A stretch of DNA of 64,000 bases from Nitrospirota bacterium (GTDB taxonomy: Bacteria > Nitrospirota > Nitrospiria > Nitrospirales > Nitrospiraceae), in contig CAVPGK010000013.1 of NCBI GenBank assembly GCA_963703955.1, positions 1 to 64,000 of the forward strand, written 5' to 3'. Both the position numbers and the translations under genes were made by a program. This document shows positions 19,749 through 30,238 of this stretch, piece after piece (the stretch's first letter is position 1; every line of letters begins with the position of its first letter). Under the pieces are notes generated by a model. It was not told the DNA's origin. It ran no database searches and saw nothing but the letters and a program-made list of their open reading frames with translations.

Positions 19749-21668
19749 ATGTTCGATCAGGTTGAACCACGAGACGTTCTCCCCAATGACCTGACCGAGC
19801 AGCTCCGGCATCGTTTCGGATTCGACGACTTCCGCCATGGCCAGCGCGAGGTCATCGAGGCGGTCCTGGCAAGCCGCGACGTCCTCGCGGTCATGCCGAC
19901 GGGACAAGGCAAGTCCCTCTGCTTTCAGTTTCCTGCCACCCTGACGCCAGGTCTCACCGTCGTGATCTCACCGCTGATCGCGCTCATGAAAGACCAGGTG
20001 GATGCGCTTCGCGCCAAGGGCATCGCCGCCTCGGCCTTCCACTCGGGCCTGACCGAACCCGAACGGGACCGTGTCATTCAGGACATGCGATTGGGTCGCT
20101 TGCGCCTGTTGTACCTCGCACCAGAGCGAATCCAGCACGGCTGGTTCGTCCGTAGCCTACGATCGGCCGGGCCTTCCCTGCTGGTCGTGGACGAGGCGCA
20201 CTGCATCTCGCATTGGGGACACGATTTTCGCCCGGACTATTTGCGACTCGGTGACCTTCGTAGGCAACTGGATGCGCCTCCCTGTCTGGCCCTCACCGCT
20301 ACAGCAACCGTGAAGGTGCAGGACGATATCTGTGACAAACTCGAGTTACGCGCCCCGTTGCGCGTCGTGACCGGGTTCCGGCGGCCGAATCTCAGATTTT
20401 CCGTCCAGCCCTGCGCCTCGAAGAGCGACAAGCTCGATGTATTGGAGCGTCTCTTGAACGAGCATACGTCCGGGAGCGTGCTGATCTATTGCGCCACACG
20501 GCGACACGTGGAGGAGTTGGCGGGAACTTTATCACGCCTGAAGTCGGGTGTCGGCTACTACCACGCCGGTCTGGCCGATGAGCTGCGCGCGACCATCCAC
20601 GAAAAGTTTGCCACCGGCCGTATCCCGGTTCTGGTCGCCACGAACGCGTTCGGCATGGGGATCGATAAGCCGGATGTGCGCCTGGTCGCTCATTATGACG
20701 TGCCGGGCAGTGTGGAGGCGTACTATCAGGAAGCCGGCCGGGCCGGACGCGACGGGGACCCCGCCCGCTGCGTGCTCCTGTTTCAGCACGGCGACGTCGC
20801 GACCCAGGAGTTCTTTATCCACAAGCTAGGGGAAAGAGAAGGCGGGAACGAGCAGGCCGATCGGCAACGGCAAGATGCCTGCCGCGATCTCCTTCGCCAG
20901 ATGGTCGCGTATGCCTATGCCACGATCTGCCGTCAACTCAAGCTTCTCGATTACTTCGGGGACATGGACGAGAAGGCGTTCGGGCCCTGCAGACAATGCG
21001 ATCGATGCCTGACGACACCACCGAGCCGTGAAGTCGACGGTGAGACGCTTGAACAGGCCCGTGTCGTCTTGCGGACGGCGGCCCGATTTCACGGACGGTT
21101 CGGGGCCACGCGTCTGACGGATCTTCTCTATGGAAGTACGGGCAAAGCCATCGTCGCCTCGCGCTTGCATACAACCGAGTCGTTCGGCCGGCTCAGGCCT
21201 TTACGTCGACCTGGCATCGGCCGGTTGATCCGGCGTTTGATTCAGTCCGGTCACCTGAGAATCGAAGGGCTGGAGTTCCCCGTGGTGGAAGTGACGTCCA
21301 AGGGCGCGGCGGTGTTGGAAAACACCGAGCCTTTGATTTGGGATCAGCAGTGTAAGGATGACGAGTCGGTGGGAAAACGTGAGCCCTCGGCGCGCACAGA
21401 GAAGGGCATCTTTCCCGCGCTCGCGCAGCATTCCGTATCGGTGGACCATCAGCTCTTCGAGCGTCTTCGAAAGCTCAGAGCGGCAATCGCGGTTGAGGAA
21501 GGCATCGCCGCTTTCTTAGTGTTTCACGACAAAACGTTACGACACATTGCTCGCGTTCGGCCGACCTCGCTCAGCGCCTTGGGAGACGTTCCGGGAATCG
21601 GTGCGGCGAAGCTCGGTCGATACGGGCGGCAGGTGCTTGCGGTGGTGAATGAAGGGGGGAGTGGCTAG
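19749..21668 (+). CDS. recQ: ATP-dependent DNA helicase RecQ
   Basis: MPTGQGKS, VDEAHCISHWGHDFRP, YYQEAGRAGRDG, Zn-Cys, RQC and HRDC regions. Confidence 0.95.
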   Translation: MFDQVEPRDVLPNDLTEQLRHRFGFDDFRHGQREVIEAVLASRDVLAVMPTGQGKSLCFQFPATLTPGLTVVISPLIALMKDQVDALRAKGIAASAFHSGLTEPERDRVIQDMRLGRLRLLYLAPERIQHGWFVRSLRSAGPSLLVVDEAHCISHWGHDFRPDYLRLGDLRRQLDAPPCLALTATATVKVQDDICDKLELRAPLRVVTGFRRPNLRFSVQPCASKSDKLDVLERLLNEHTSGSVLIYCATRRHVEELAGTLSRLKSGVGYYHAGLADELRATIHEKFATGRIPVLVATNAFGMGIDKPDVRLVAHYDVPGSVEAYYQEAGRAGRDGDPARCVLLFQHGDVATQEFFIHKLGEREGGNEQADRQRQDACRDLLRQMVAYAYATICRQLKLLDYFGDMDEKAFGPCRQCDRCLTTPPSREVDGETLEQARVVLRTAARFHGRFGATRLTDLLYGSTGKAIVASRLHTTESFGRLRPLRRPGIGRLIRRLIQSGHLRIEGLEFPVVEVTSKGAAVLENTEPLIWDQQCKDDESVGKREPSARTEKGIFPALAQHSVSVDHQLFERLRKLRAAIAVEEGIAAFLVFHDKTLRHIARVRPTSLSALGDVPGIGAAKLGRYGRQVLAVVNEGGSG

Positions 21669-21680
21669 GGTCAGGAAAGC

Positions 21681-21770
21681 GGGGAGGCTGGGCTGGCCCA
21701 GTGCTCCCAGAGCGCGCACGATAAGAACATGCTCGCTCGATGGCCGCAATTGGGCCAGCCCAGCCTCCCC
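21681..21770. repeat. Intergenic palindromic element, perfect 20-bp inverted repeat with 50-nt spacer
   Basis: ggggaggctgggctggccca ... tgggccagcccagcctcccc. Confidence 0.85.
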
Positions 21771-21863
21771 TCTAGAGACGATGGAATCGCTCTATCAGAA
21801 AAGACGCGTCCAACAAGGTTAGCCTAGCCATCGCGTCGGAGAGAGGTACTCGCTAGTTATCTC

Positions 21864-22484
21864 TCATTCTCTGAGACCGCCGGCACGAATGAATTGCTGC
21901 CTTAATTCCGTGTAGGTTTGGGTGACCGGAAACTGGGGAAATTCTTTGGCGATCGCCGCCGGGGGCCGAAAGAAGATTCCGGCGTCGGCTTCGGTCAGCA
22001 TCGGAGTGTCGTTGTAAGCATCCCCGGCCGCGATCACATGAAACCGAATGCTTTTCAGCGCCCTCACCGACTGCCGCTTTTGATCCGGAACCCGCAGGTG
22101 ATAATTCACGATCCGATCTTGTGCATCAATTTCTAATCGATTGCAAAAGAGAGCCGGATAGCCGAGTTGTCGCATGAGCGGTTGCGCAAACTCATAGAAG
22201 GTGTCTGACAGGATGATGACTTGACACCGCTCGCGCAACCAGCCGAGAAAGGCCCCCGCTCCCTCCAGCGGTCCCATAGCGGCAATGACGGACTGGATGT
22301 CGGAGAGGCGAAGTCCCCGCCGATCAAGAATCCCCAGTCGACGCTTCATCAGCGCGTCGTAATCAGGCATATCGCGGGTGGTCAACCGCAATTCCTCGAT
22401 ACCGGTCTTCTCCGCCACGTTGATCCAAATCTCGGGTACGAGGACTCCTTCAAGATCGAGACAGGCAAGCACCGGATTGCTCAT
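21864..22484 (-). CDS. thrH: Phosphoserine phosphatase/homoserine phosphotransferase ThrH
   Basis: CLDLEGVLVPEIWI, ILSDTFYEFA, AAGDAYND. Confidence 0.93.
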   Translation of the reverse strand: MSNPVLACLDLEGVLVPEIWINVAEKTGIEELRLTTRDMPDYDALMKRRLGILDRRGLRLSDIQSVIAAMGPLEGAGAFLGWLRERCQVIILSDTFYEFAQPLMRQLGYPALFCNRLEIDAQDRIVNYHLRVPDQKRQSVRALKSIRFHVIAAGDAYNDTPMLTEADAGIFFRPPAAIAKEFPQFPVTQTYTELRQQFIRAGGLRE

Positions 22485-22540
22485 CGTTTTCCTTTCTTCG
22501 ATCCGCTCATAGCGGGCTGCAGGCCGCTGGTAGGTCAGAG

Positions 22541-23344
22541 CTATTCGCTAGTGGCTTTCTTGCGTCGATTGGCAAATTCCTGGCTGAGAAAACGCCAGAT
22601 CTTGTCCAGCGCCTTCTCCAAGAGTTCGGGACCGGTCCACCGCCGCTGGTTCTCGGCCATGTGTCGGTCCGCCCAATCCAGGGCGATCGGCAGCGGAATC
22701 AACTTTCCCGCGCCGCCGACCAGGTCAGACCACAGCAAGGCGAAGGTGGTGCTCATGCGAACCGACACAGGCAATGGGTGGACGGGGTTCTTCGCGAGGT
22801 CCTGACAGAGCTCCGCCGGTGTCGTGACCAACAGCTCCCGACAGGCTGAAGGTCGGTGGTCGTAAATCGAGCACATCTCATTCTCCAAGAAGGGACACGG
22901 CAGCCGAAGGGCGTAATAATCCTGATTCATCGGCTCCATGTCCTCATCTGTAAGCTGGCGGTCGCTCTCGGCCAGATCCATGAGACGCTCAAGGAGGCCG
23001 GCCTGTTCCAGCCGCATGTGCGAGGCCGCGATGCGTGCCGTCAGCGCTTGCCGGCGTTCTTGGGGCAGGGAGAGGATCAGGTTTCTCAGGGCGAAGGCCT
23101 CCGGCACCGAGACCGGCACCAGCATTCGGCAACAGGCGGCACACCCCTTTGCGCAAGAAATCGGTTGGCCTGCGCCCCGCGCCTCTTTTTCCTCGAGGGA
23201 CTGCGCGGCGTCGCTGAGTCGATGAAGAAGGGGAACAATGGATGTGATCGGAACAAACCCGGTAGGAACCTCGATCACCGTCGATAACTGACCCACGGGT
23301 GTCTTCAGCGAGATGTTGAACTGCTCGACTGTCGGTGATGCCAT
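22541..23344 (-). CDS. YkgJ-family Cys-cluster protein
   Basis: CAKGCAACC and CPFLENEMCSIYDHRPSACR. Confidence 0.88.
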   Translation of the reverse strand: MASPTVEQFNISLKTPVGQLSTVIEVPTGFVPITSIVPLLHRLSDAAQSLEEKEARGAGQPISCAKGCAACCRMLVPVSVPEAFALRNLILSLPQERRQALTARIAASHMRLEQAGLLERLMDLAESDRQLTDEDMEPMNQDYYALRLPCPFLENEMCSIYDHRPSACRELLVTTPAELCQDLAKNPVHPLPVSVRMSTTFALLWSDLVGGAGKLIPLPIALDWADRHMAENQRRWTGPELLEKALDKIWRFLSQEFANRRKKATSE

Positions 23345-23568
23345 CCTGAACCAGGATCCGCTGCCGCTGCCTACCGAACGCCTGACCGGACGTTTATCTT
23401 AGAGGAGGCTCAAGAGAGGGGTCAAGCGGGCGAGTCCAAGAAGGTCGAAAGGCGTCGCCTTGCGACGAATTCGGACAATGGCGGATAATGCGGCAAAAAG
23501 CGAACAGCGATTAGACGATAGTGAGTAGCGCTGGGCCATTTGCTGCTCACCATTCCATTGGGGCTAGG

Positions 23569-23931
23569 ATGAAACTTTCCGGCCACGTGATCGGGCTTCT
23601 GAAAGAGTATATGCGCGATCTTGTTGAACAAGCCGCCCAAGACGCAAGCACACAACGATCCTTTGGGTTTACCCCGAGCCCGTATCGGCCTGACCAGGCG
23701 GTCTCGGACCTCCTGGCCATTTTGGATGACCGCATTGAATCGGAAGGAGTTCAGGTCGGGTTGCCTGATGGTTTTCTTCATCAGATGTGGACGATCTGCA
23801 ATGACGCTCAGTCGTACATCAAGGACCGCGTCTGGCTGGAATCCAATGTCGGTGATCCGGTCATCTCAAAAGCCCGAACGCGAGAACTGACCTATCAAGC
23901 GCTGATCCAGTATATCGAGGAGAAGAGGTGA
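23569..23931 (+). CDS. Conserved hypothetical protein
   Basis: Protein-like 120-aa ORF with normal codon use. Confidence 0.65.
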   Translation: MKLSGHVIGLLKEYMRDLVEQAAQDASTQRSFGFTPSPYRPDQAVSDLLAILDDRIESEGVQVGLPDGFLHQMWTICNDAQSYIKDRVWLESNVGDPVISKARTRELTYQALIQYIEEKR

Positions 23932-23954
23932 GGAAAGAAGAGGGTCGGATTGTC

Positions 23955-24140
23955 CTTCGTGCTCGCGCACCGCGGGTATTCTCACCCGGCCCATCCCGGA
24001 AGCGCCGAGACGCCTTCTTTTCCCGGGTAGAATGTGTTCATCCGGGGAGGGGCGCGTCCTTTGGGAGCGAGCGCGTCTTGGCGCGCTTGGGGTTGGGGGG
24101 TGAGAATATCGCCTGGGGTGGGTGGGTGAAAACATTGCGC
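23955..24140. repeat. REP/MITE-like long imperfect palindrome
   Basis: tattctcaccc/gggtgagaata and gcgccgagacgc/gcgtcttggcgc nested arms; left arm recurs at about 27030-27080. Confidence 0.7.
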
Positions 24141-24268
24141 GAAGTTCCCCCTCGAGATGAAGGGCAAAAATCTGGAACCCTTTCCCACTATTGCGAAAGC
24201 CTCCGCGTTCACCCCTTCGATGCGGCTTCTGTCGGGAGATAGTAAAGATAATGAGTGTGAGGAGTGTG

Positions 24269-25438
24269 ATGAAAAGACTCCTTCTTGTCGTGTTCGGGTG
24301 GTACATCATGGTCGCTTCTAGCGCTACGCCCGGTGACGGCGGCACTCGAGTGGGTCAACCCTCGGTTCCGGCGATCGCACTTGAAACCGTCGTCGCAGGA
24401 GGGCTTGTTCATCCGTTGTATGTCACTCATGCCTGGTGACGATAGCGGGTGCCTGTTGGTCGTAGAGCAGCCGGGGCGCATCCGGATCATCCGGAATGGG
24501 GCGCTGATCGAGCGACCGTTCCTCGATATTTCACAACGCGTGCGCTCATCCGGCGTCGAGCAGGGGCTGCTCGGTCTGGCCTTTCATCCGGACTACCGAA
24601 ACAACGGACGATACGTCGTGAACTATACCCGCGTCCCTGATGCCGCGACGGTGATCGCAGAATATCGGGTCTCGGGCGATCCCAGTGTGTCGCAAACGAC
24701 CGAAAGGGTGCTCCTGGTTATTCCTCAACCCTACCCGAACCACAAAGGGGGCATGGTGGATTTCGGCCCGGATGGGTTACTCTACATCGGGATGGGAGAT
24801 GGAGGTTCTGGCGGCGATCCCGAGAACCGTGCGCAGGACCGCGAGGAGCTGCTTGGGAAGATTCTACGGATCGATGTCGATGGCGGCGTCCCTACACAAG
24901 CCCGCCGGACAATCCCTTCGCGGTCGGCGGCGGCCGTCCGGAGATTTTCGCGTACGGCCTCCGCAATCCGTGGCGCTTTTCGTTCGACCGGGAGACGGGC
25001 GATCTGTGGGTGGCTGACGTCGGTCAGAATGAATGGGAAGAGATCGATCTCATCCAGCGGGGCGGCAATTACGGCTGGCGGATCATGGAAGGCAACCATT
25101 GTTTTTTGCCGAAGAGCGGTTGCACGAGAGAAGGGTTGGTGGCGCCGGTCGCGGAGTATCGAAACCGGTCGCCTCGTTGCTCGGTCACCGGCGGCTACAT
25201 CTATCGAGGCACTCGTATTCCGGCCCTTCGGGGGGTGTATGTACACGGCGACTATTGCAGCGGAGAAATCTTAGGGCTTTCCGGAGATCAGGGGGGCTCG
25301 GTGGGGACTCCACAGGTTCTGCTGGTGACCGGCTACAGCATTTCTTCGTTCGGGCAAGATCAGGCCGGGGAACTGTACGTGGTCGATCACGATGGGGCCG
25401 TCTATCGCATCATCGCGGCCGGAAGTGGTAGACGTTAA
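24269..25438 (+). CDS. PQQ-dependent sugar dehydrogenase (GSDH family), two apparent frameshifts
   Basis: EQGLLGLAFHP, NHKGG, LYIGMGDGG, GKILRID, DVGQNEWEEID; indels in C runs near 24432 and 24890. Confidence 0.88.
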
Positions 25439-25471
25439 GGTTCTTGGCCTCGTCGTAGCTTTGACCTGACC

Positions 25472-25589
25472 GGCTGATCAACAAGCCATCCAGCAAGGCC
25501 GCGAGGAGTGAGACCTGAGGCGCATAGTTTGAGTAGATTGATGGGAGAATCCCGACTGAGAACGCCGCTGGAGGGTTTTTTCAGCAGCC
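25472..25589. repeat. MITE-like 118-bp element with imperfect terminal inverted repeats
   Basis: ggctgatcaacaagccatccagc versus reverse complement of gctggagggttttttcagcagcc (18/23 match). Confidence 0.65.
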
Positions 25590-25591
25590 TA

Positions 25592-26398
25592 TCACAGTTT
25601 GCCGGCGGCGCGATACACCGCTGCGCCCACGAGTTCGGAAATCGCATAGGTGCTCATCTCCAACGCATACGCCGAGGGAAGAAAGTCAAATAGCGTGACG
25701 TCGACATGATCCGTCCGGTGTCTCGCAGAGTACCCGCAGGGAGCGGGTGTTGTGTTGATGCCTTGCTTTCGAAACAAGGCCAGGGCGCGGGGGATATGGT
25801 AGGCTGACGTGACCAGGAGAACGGAGTTTCGGCCGCCGACCCGACTGAGCTCGACAGCGCTCTCATAGGTCGTCCGCGATCTGGTTTCGATCAGAATGGC
25901 GTCTTCAGGAATGCCTAGCCGCATGGCGAGCTGCTTCATCACGCGCGCTTCTTCAGGCCCTTTCCCGACGACAGTGGGGTCTCCTCCGGAAAAGAGCAGA
26001 TGCGTCGCCAGACCACGTTGAAAGAGATCCGCGCCGCACATCGTCCGCTCAGCGCTAGAGGACGAAAGTGTATCTGTTGGACGGAGGGTACCTTGCGGAA
26101 GGACACCTCCCCCGAGCACGACGATCGTATCAAATCGTTGGGTGGTCGCAGGATTGAAGGGAGGGTATTGCTCTTCCAGGGAGGCCGTCAAAAATCCCGC
26201 GACCAAAGGACTGCCTATGCCCCACACCAGCAGCAGCGTCATGACTGTCAGCACGCGGATCCAGAGAAGCCGCCATGTTGAAACCCGGCCCAGTACAAGG
26301 ACACACAGCAGTCCGAGCAGTAGGACCATCCAGGTGTAGGGATAGACGGCAAACTTGGCCAGCTTGTACAGAGCGAACCAGAACGCAGAGAACTCCAT
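25592..26398 (-). CDS. YdcF/DUF218-family membrane protein
   Basis: IVVLGGG, LFSGG, ETRSRTTYESA, LVTSAYHIPRA. Confidence 0.9.
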   Translation of the reverse strand: MEFSAFWFALYKLAKFAVYPYTWMVLLLGLLCVLVLGRVSTWRLLWIRVLTVMTLLLVWGIGSPLVAGFLTASLEEQYPPFNPATTQRFDTIVVLGGGVLPQGTLRPTDTLSSSSAERTMCGADLFQRGLATHLLFSGGDPTVVGKGPEEARVMKQLAMRLGIPEDAILIETRSRTTYESAVELSRVGGRNSVLLVTSAYHIPRALALFRKQGINTTPAPCGYSARHRTDHVDVTLFDFLPSAYALEMSTYAISELVGAAVYRAAGKL

Positions 26399-26529
26399 AT
26401 CAGCGCCTCTTCGTCGTTGCTCCGATTGCACAGAAAAGGTAGCATGTTTAGGCTGATCGCGCGAGATTTTCGTGCGAAAGGGAAGGAGTAGTCGCAAGAG
26501 TCCAAAGCGACACAGGAGAGGAGGTCCAC

Positions 26530-27016
26530 CTGTCTAGGCCACACCAGTATTGGCTGATGAAGTCCGAACCCGGCGCGTTCTCAATTCAGGACCTGGAAAA
26601 GGCTCCTAAGGGTACCACCGGTTGGGACGGAGTGCGCAATTATCAGGCGCGCAATTATATGCGACTGATGAAGCGAGGCGATCAGGTTCTGTTTTACCAC
26701 AGCAATGCCGATCCGCCGGCGGTCGTTGGCGTGGCCGAGGTAGTCCGTCAAGCCTACCCCGACCATACCGCGTTTGATCCGGGTGATATTCACTACGATC
26801 CGAAGAGCACCCCAACAAATCCCATCTGGGACATGGTTGACATCCGGCTGGTGCAGATCTTTCCAGCAACCGATCTCGCTGGATCGACTCAGACAGGATC
26901 CGGGGTTGAAGAAGATGGAGCTTCTCCGCAAAGGCTCCCGGTTGTCCGTGCAACCCGTTCGTCCTGAAGAATGGAAAATCATTCTGGCACTGGCCAAGAA
27001 ACAAGCTCGTCCATGA
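26530..27016 (+). CDS. EVE-domain protein (apparent frameshift near 26863; likely CTG start)
   Basis: YWLMKSEP, WDGVRNYQARN, FYHSN, RLSVQPV. Confidence 0.9.
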
Positions 27017-27029
27017 TCGTCTTCTCACA

Positions 27030-27130
27030 CACTATTTCACCCTTCCGGTTCCCGGGCGCCGAGACGCGCCTTTTCCCAGCGCGCGAGCCTGCATAGCCAG
27101 GTTTCCTTCCCATTGGGACGCGGCCCGTCC
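27030..27130. repeat. Partial copy of the 23955-24140 palindromic element
   Basis: tttcaccc...cccgggcgccgagacgcgccttttccc resembles 23978-24025. Confidence 0.55.
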
Positions 27131-27142
27131 TTTTTCAGCTTA

Positions 27143-28039
27143 CTACCGGCCGATCTCGCTCAAAGGCTCCGCCGTCACCACCATCGGCCCGCGCGGGTTT
27201 GACTCCAGGCTATTGGCGCTCGTCAATTGGTCGAGAGGTGGGGAGGTTTGACACTCCGGAGTCATCACCAACCCCCAATGCTGGTTGTTGCGACACGTAT
27301 TGTTGAGCAGCATGGCTTCGGCGTGGTGAAAGAGCAGGATACCGCTCAGCAGATTATCGCGGGAAAGATTCCGAACCAGATCGGGGCGGGTGTCGGGGTC
27401 GCGCGCCGCGATGCCAAAATGATGATTCGCGTAGCAGTCGTTCTGTGCAAGGTAGGGACATGCGCCTGCAAATGCGAAGATGCCTGACTCTCGGTTATGG
27501 CAGACTTCATTATCGATCAGCGCAGGTCGCGCGGTTGGGCCATAAATGACTATCCCAGACAAGACGCCCTCGGTGGCGCGACAGCCGGTAATCGTGCAGG
27601 TCGAGTCCAAGATGTTCATCGCCGAATTCTGATCGCTCCCCACATAACGGAAGGTGATTCCGGAAATACGACCGCCCGGAACTCGTTGCAGGTACAAGGG
27701 GCCGCCGCGTCGACTGAAAATCTGGACCTGATCCCGCCCGGCGCCGATCAACAAGATTGGGCGTTCCAGGATAAAAATCTTATCTTCGTAGACGCCGGGC
27801 CGAATGAAGATCTGATCGTCAGGACCGGCATCCTTGAGTGCGGCGCTGGGTCTCAGGTAAGGAGTTGACCCTCCCTGATCCACGATGAGGGTGCGGCCGC
27901 CGGCCGGATTGTGCGGAGGCTCCGATGTGATCGACGGCTTCCCACCGGCTGGACTGCTCGTGGCGTCTTGTCGGTCCTGGTTCGATTCATCCGACACGGT
28001 GACATTCTCCGCTGAGCATGCGAAGCACAGAAGCCGCAT
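27143..28039 (-). CDS. Right-handed parallel beta-helix (pectin lyase-like/NosD-like) protein
   Basis: IFIRPGVYE and repeated N..xxN...GI units. Confidence 0.8.
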   Translation of the reverse strand: MRLLCFACSAENVTVSDESNQDRQDATSSPAGGKPSITSEPPHNPAGGRTLIVDQGGSTPYLRPSAALKDAGPDDQIFIRPGVYEDKIFILERPILLIGAGRDQVQIFSRRGGPLYLQRVPGGRISGITFRYVGSDQNSAMNILDSTCTITGCRATEGVLSGIVIYGPTARPALIDNEVCHNRESGIFAFAGACPYLAQNDCYANHHFGIAARDPDTRPDLVRNLSRDNLLSGILLFHHAEAMLLNNTCRNNQHWGLVMTPECQTSPPLDQLTSANSLESNPRGPMVVTAEPLSEIGR

Positions 28040-28218
28040 TATTTGGGTCGGATTAAATGGATGTCAAGCAACGCAGCGTCGGCTAGATGCTCAAATAGGT
28101 CACGCCGTGTTTGTGCGCGCCGCCGTGCGCGAAGGGACCGTTCTTCAGGACACCAGCATACAGGGGAGTTGAGACGACCGAACGGCCGAGAACAGTTGGG
28201 GACCTGTTCAGCGTCCGG

Positions 28219-29010
28219 CTACGGGTGCAGCGGGTGATCGGTGAGAGCTTGGTACGCTTCGCTGACGGAACCGACCGGTGACACGTGCATGAGGAACGGC
28301 GTTCGCCAATCGCTGTCGGAGGTGTCCACCTCGTCGGGAATCAAGACACGACGAAGATGCGTCTCATTAGTCGCCGCCACTTTGAGCGAGACGCCTCCCA
28401 CGGGTGCAATGCGGCCATCTGGGCTCACAGTGCCCGTCAACACACGGTCCGATGGAATGGTATCGCCCTTGGCGAGTGCGATTACGGTTAGTCCTACCAT
28501 CGCGGACAGGCTTTCACCATAAATGGTCACTCCCGGGTGTGGCACAGAAAGGATGATCGTCCAGGAATCAGTTTCGAGCCCGGCCGCTCGCGCCGAGCGA
28601 AAGATGGCTTGCTTCACCGCGTTCTGAGCCATCCGCGAAAACCTTCCGGGGGTTGCTCTGAACTGAATCGCCAGGCCAGTACGATCATTCCGTTCTTCAA
28701 ATGAAACCAGCAGATAGGCCACCGTTCCGACCGGTTTCATTTCCTCTAACGTGACCCCCAAGATAGAGATCAGCTGTTCTCGTTTCCCTCTGAGAGATCC
28801 CTCTGAGTTGGAGAGCGGGAGGTACCAGAGAGTGATCGAGACGATTGCGGCGGTAACTGCGCTGACGAGGCGAATGGAAATTCGTGACCATGGCCTGTCA
28901 CCGAGTGATGGAGCGACTGGCTTCCTCTGAGCGCCATAGAGACGGCAGTTTGCCATCCCCTTGAGGATAACAGGGGGTTCAGTTGCATTCCCTGCGCGGC
29001 CAATAGCCAT
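28219..29010 (-). CDS. S16 (Lon C-terminal) family protease, membrane-anchored, no ATPase
   Basis: GESLSA (Ser), LTGTVSPDGRIAPVGGVSLK (Lys). Confidence 0.8.
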   Translation of the reverse strand: MAIGRAGNATEPPVILKGMANCRLYGAQRKPVAPSLGDRPWSRISIRLVSAVTAAIVSITLWYLPLSNSEGSLRGKREQLISILGVTLEEMKPVGTVAYLLVSFEERNDRTGLAIQFRATPGRFSRMAQNAVKQAIFRSARAAGLETDSWTIILSVPHPGVTIYGESLSAMVGLTVIALAKGDTIPSDRVLTGTVSPDGRIAPVGGVSLKVAATNETHLRRVLIPDEVDTSDSDWRTPFLMHVSPVGSVSEAYQALTDHPLHP

Positions 29011-29371
29011 GACAAAAGTGTATCACGGATTTCCACTGGGTTCCGCCATATCTGGCCAATTTTCTCAATAGAAACAGCAGGCTTTGCAGCCATTCTGGAT
29101 CGCATTCCACGGCAGCCGTCTAGCAGATCGGAGGTCGGGTTTCAGAGTAAGGCAGAGGGGGCACTGTTTATCAATAAAGGCGAGGGGACGGAATGTCCTG
29201 CATCACCAGAGAATTCCGTCAGCGCATGACCTGTCTACAACTAGACAAGGCGTCCGCCTTCCAAAAAGCTATTCTGTTCTTAGGAGTCTAGACCTGCCTG
29301 AAAACGCGAACCTGCCAAAGGATTTCCAATGGTGAAAACTTACTCTTGACCCTCGTGAAGGAATGCTCTAA

Positions 29372-29785
29372 ATGATCCTCTATGAGTTCAACCTGGTTAC
29401 GGCGGGCGACTCGATGCAACTCGTCACGTTGAGGACAAGACCTTTGCCTGTATTCGTGGCTTGCCTATTGACCGCAGGGATATTTGTCGTCGATCTGTAC
29501 GCGCCCGTGGGAATGGCGGTCGGCATGTTATATGTGGCGCCCGTGGTGTTGGTTGCAATGTGGTCTCCCCCCACCCATTACTCACTGGTGGTCCTTACCG
29601 CAATCGTCTGCACGTCGTTGATCGTGATCAGGTTGCTCTACTTTTCATCGGAGCTTATGGTCGAGATGACGGTCAGCAACCATGTCTTGGCATTAGGCGC
29701 TATTTGGGCAACGGCTTTTCTTTCTATCCTGCGGAAGCGGATGGAACAGAAGCATCGATGGATTGATTTGGTGCCTCGGCTCTGA
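29372..29785 (+). CDS. Small four-TM membrane protein resembling a kinase input domain
   Basis: IFVVDLYAPVGMAVGMLYVAPV and further TM segments. Confidence 0.6.
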   Translation: MILYEFNLVTAGDSMQLVTLRTRPLPVFVACLLTAGIFVVDLYAPVGMAVGMLYVAPVVLVAMWSPPTHYSLVVLTAIVCTSLIVIRLLYFSSELMVEMTVSNHVLALGAIWATAFLSILRKRMEQKHRWIDLVPRL

Positions 29786-30238
29786 GCGAATACGCTTTTT
29801 CCGACACTCTCCCCAGTTCAGACGATTTATGGACGGCCTGTCCTGGGACGGAAATTCCGTTCATCATGTTTCCCCTACATATTCGCTCGGTTCGGGTGGC
29901 CCGGCTCTTTATGGACAGACAAGATGCTCCCGGTCCTGAAGCCGACGCGGCTGTTCCTTCGTCGATCACGCTTCGATCCGCTTGAAATATCTCATAACTT
30001 GCCGATATTGGAGATACGACCAAAGGCCTGTGCCTTGCTTAACAGTAAGCCAAGGGGAGGTCTTTGCTTGGCCTTCTGGAAATCGGGATCTCAAGGAATT
30101 TGTGCCATGGCGATCGAGCCACACTTGAATGGCCAGCGAAGGCCGAGTAAGTAAAATCTAAGGCACATGCTGAACCTGCCGGGCTACAGAAGTAGCTGGG
30201 CTGGCGGCGCGCACCAAGCTTCAACCAAAGGATGGTCC

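Noticed and set aside
23928..24345. ORFs overlapping the palindromic repeat
   Set aside because: They translate repeat DNA and have no protein-like features
24430..24445. TGA as selenocysteine in the PQQ dehydrogenase
   Set aside because: The frame changes at this point; removing one C restores THAGDDSG
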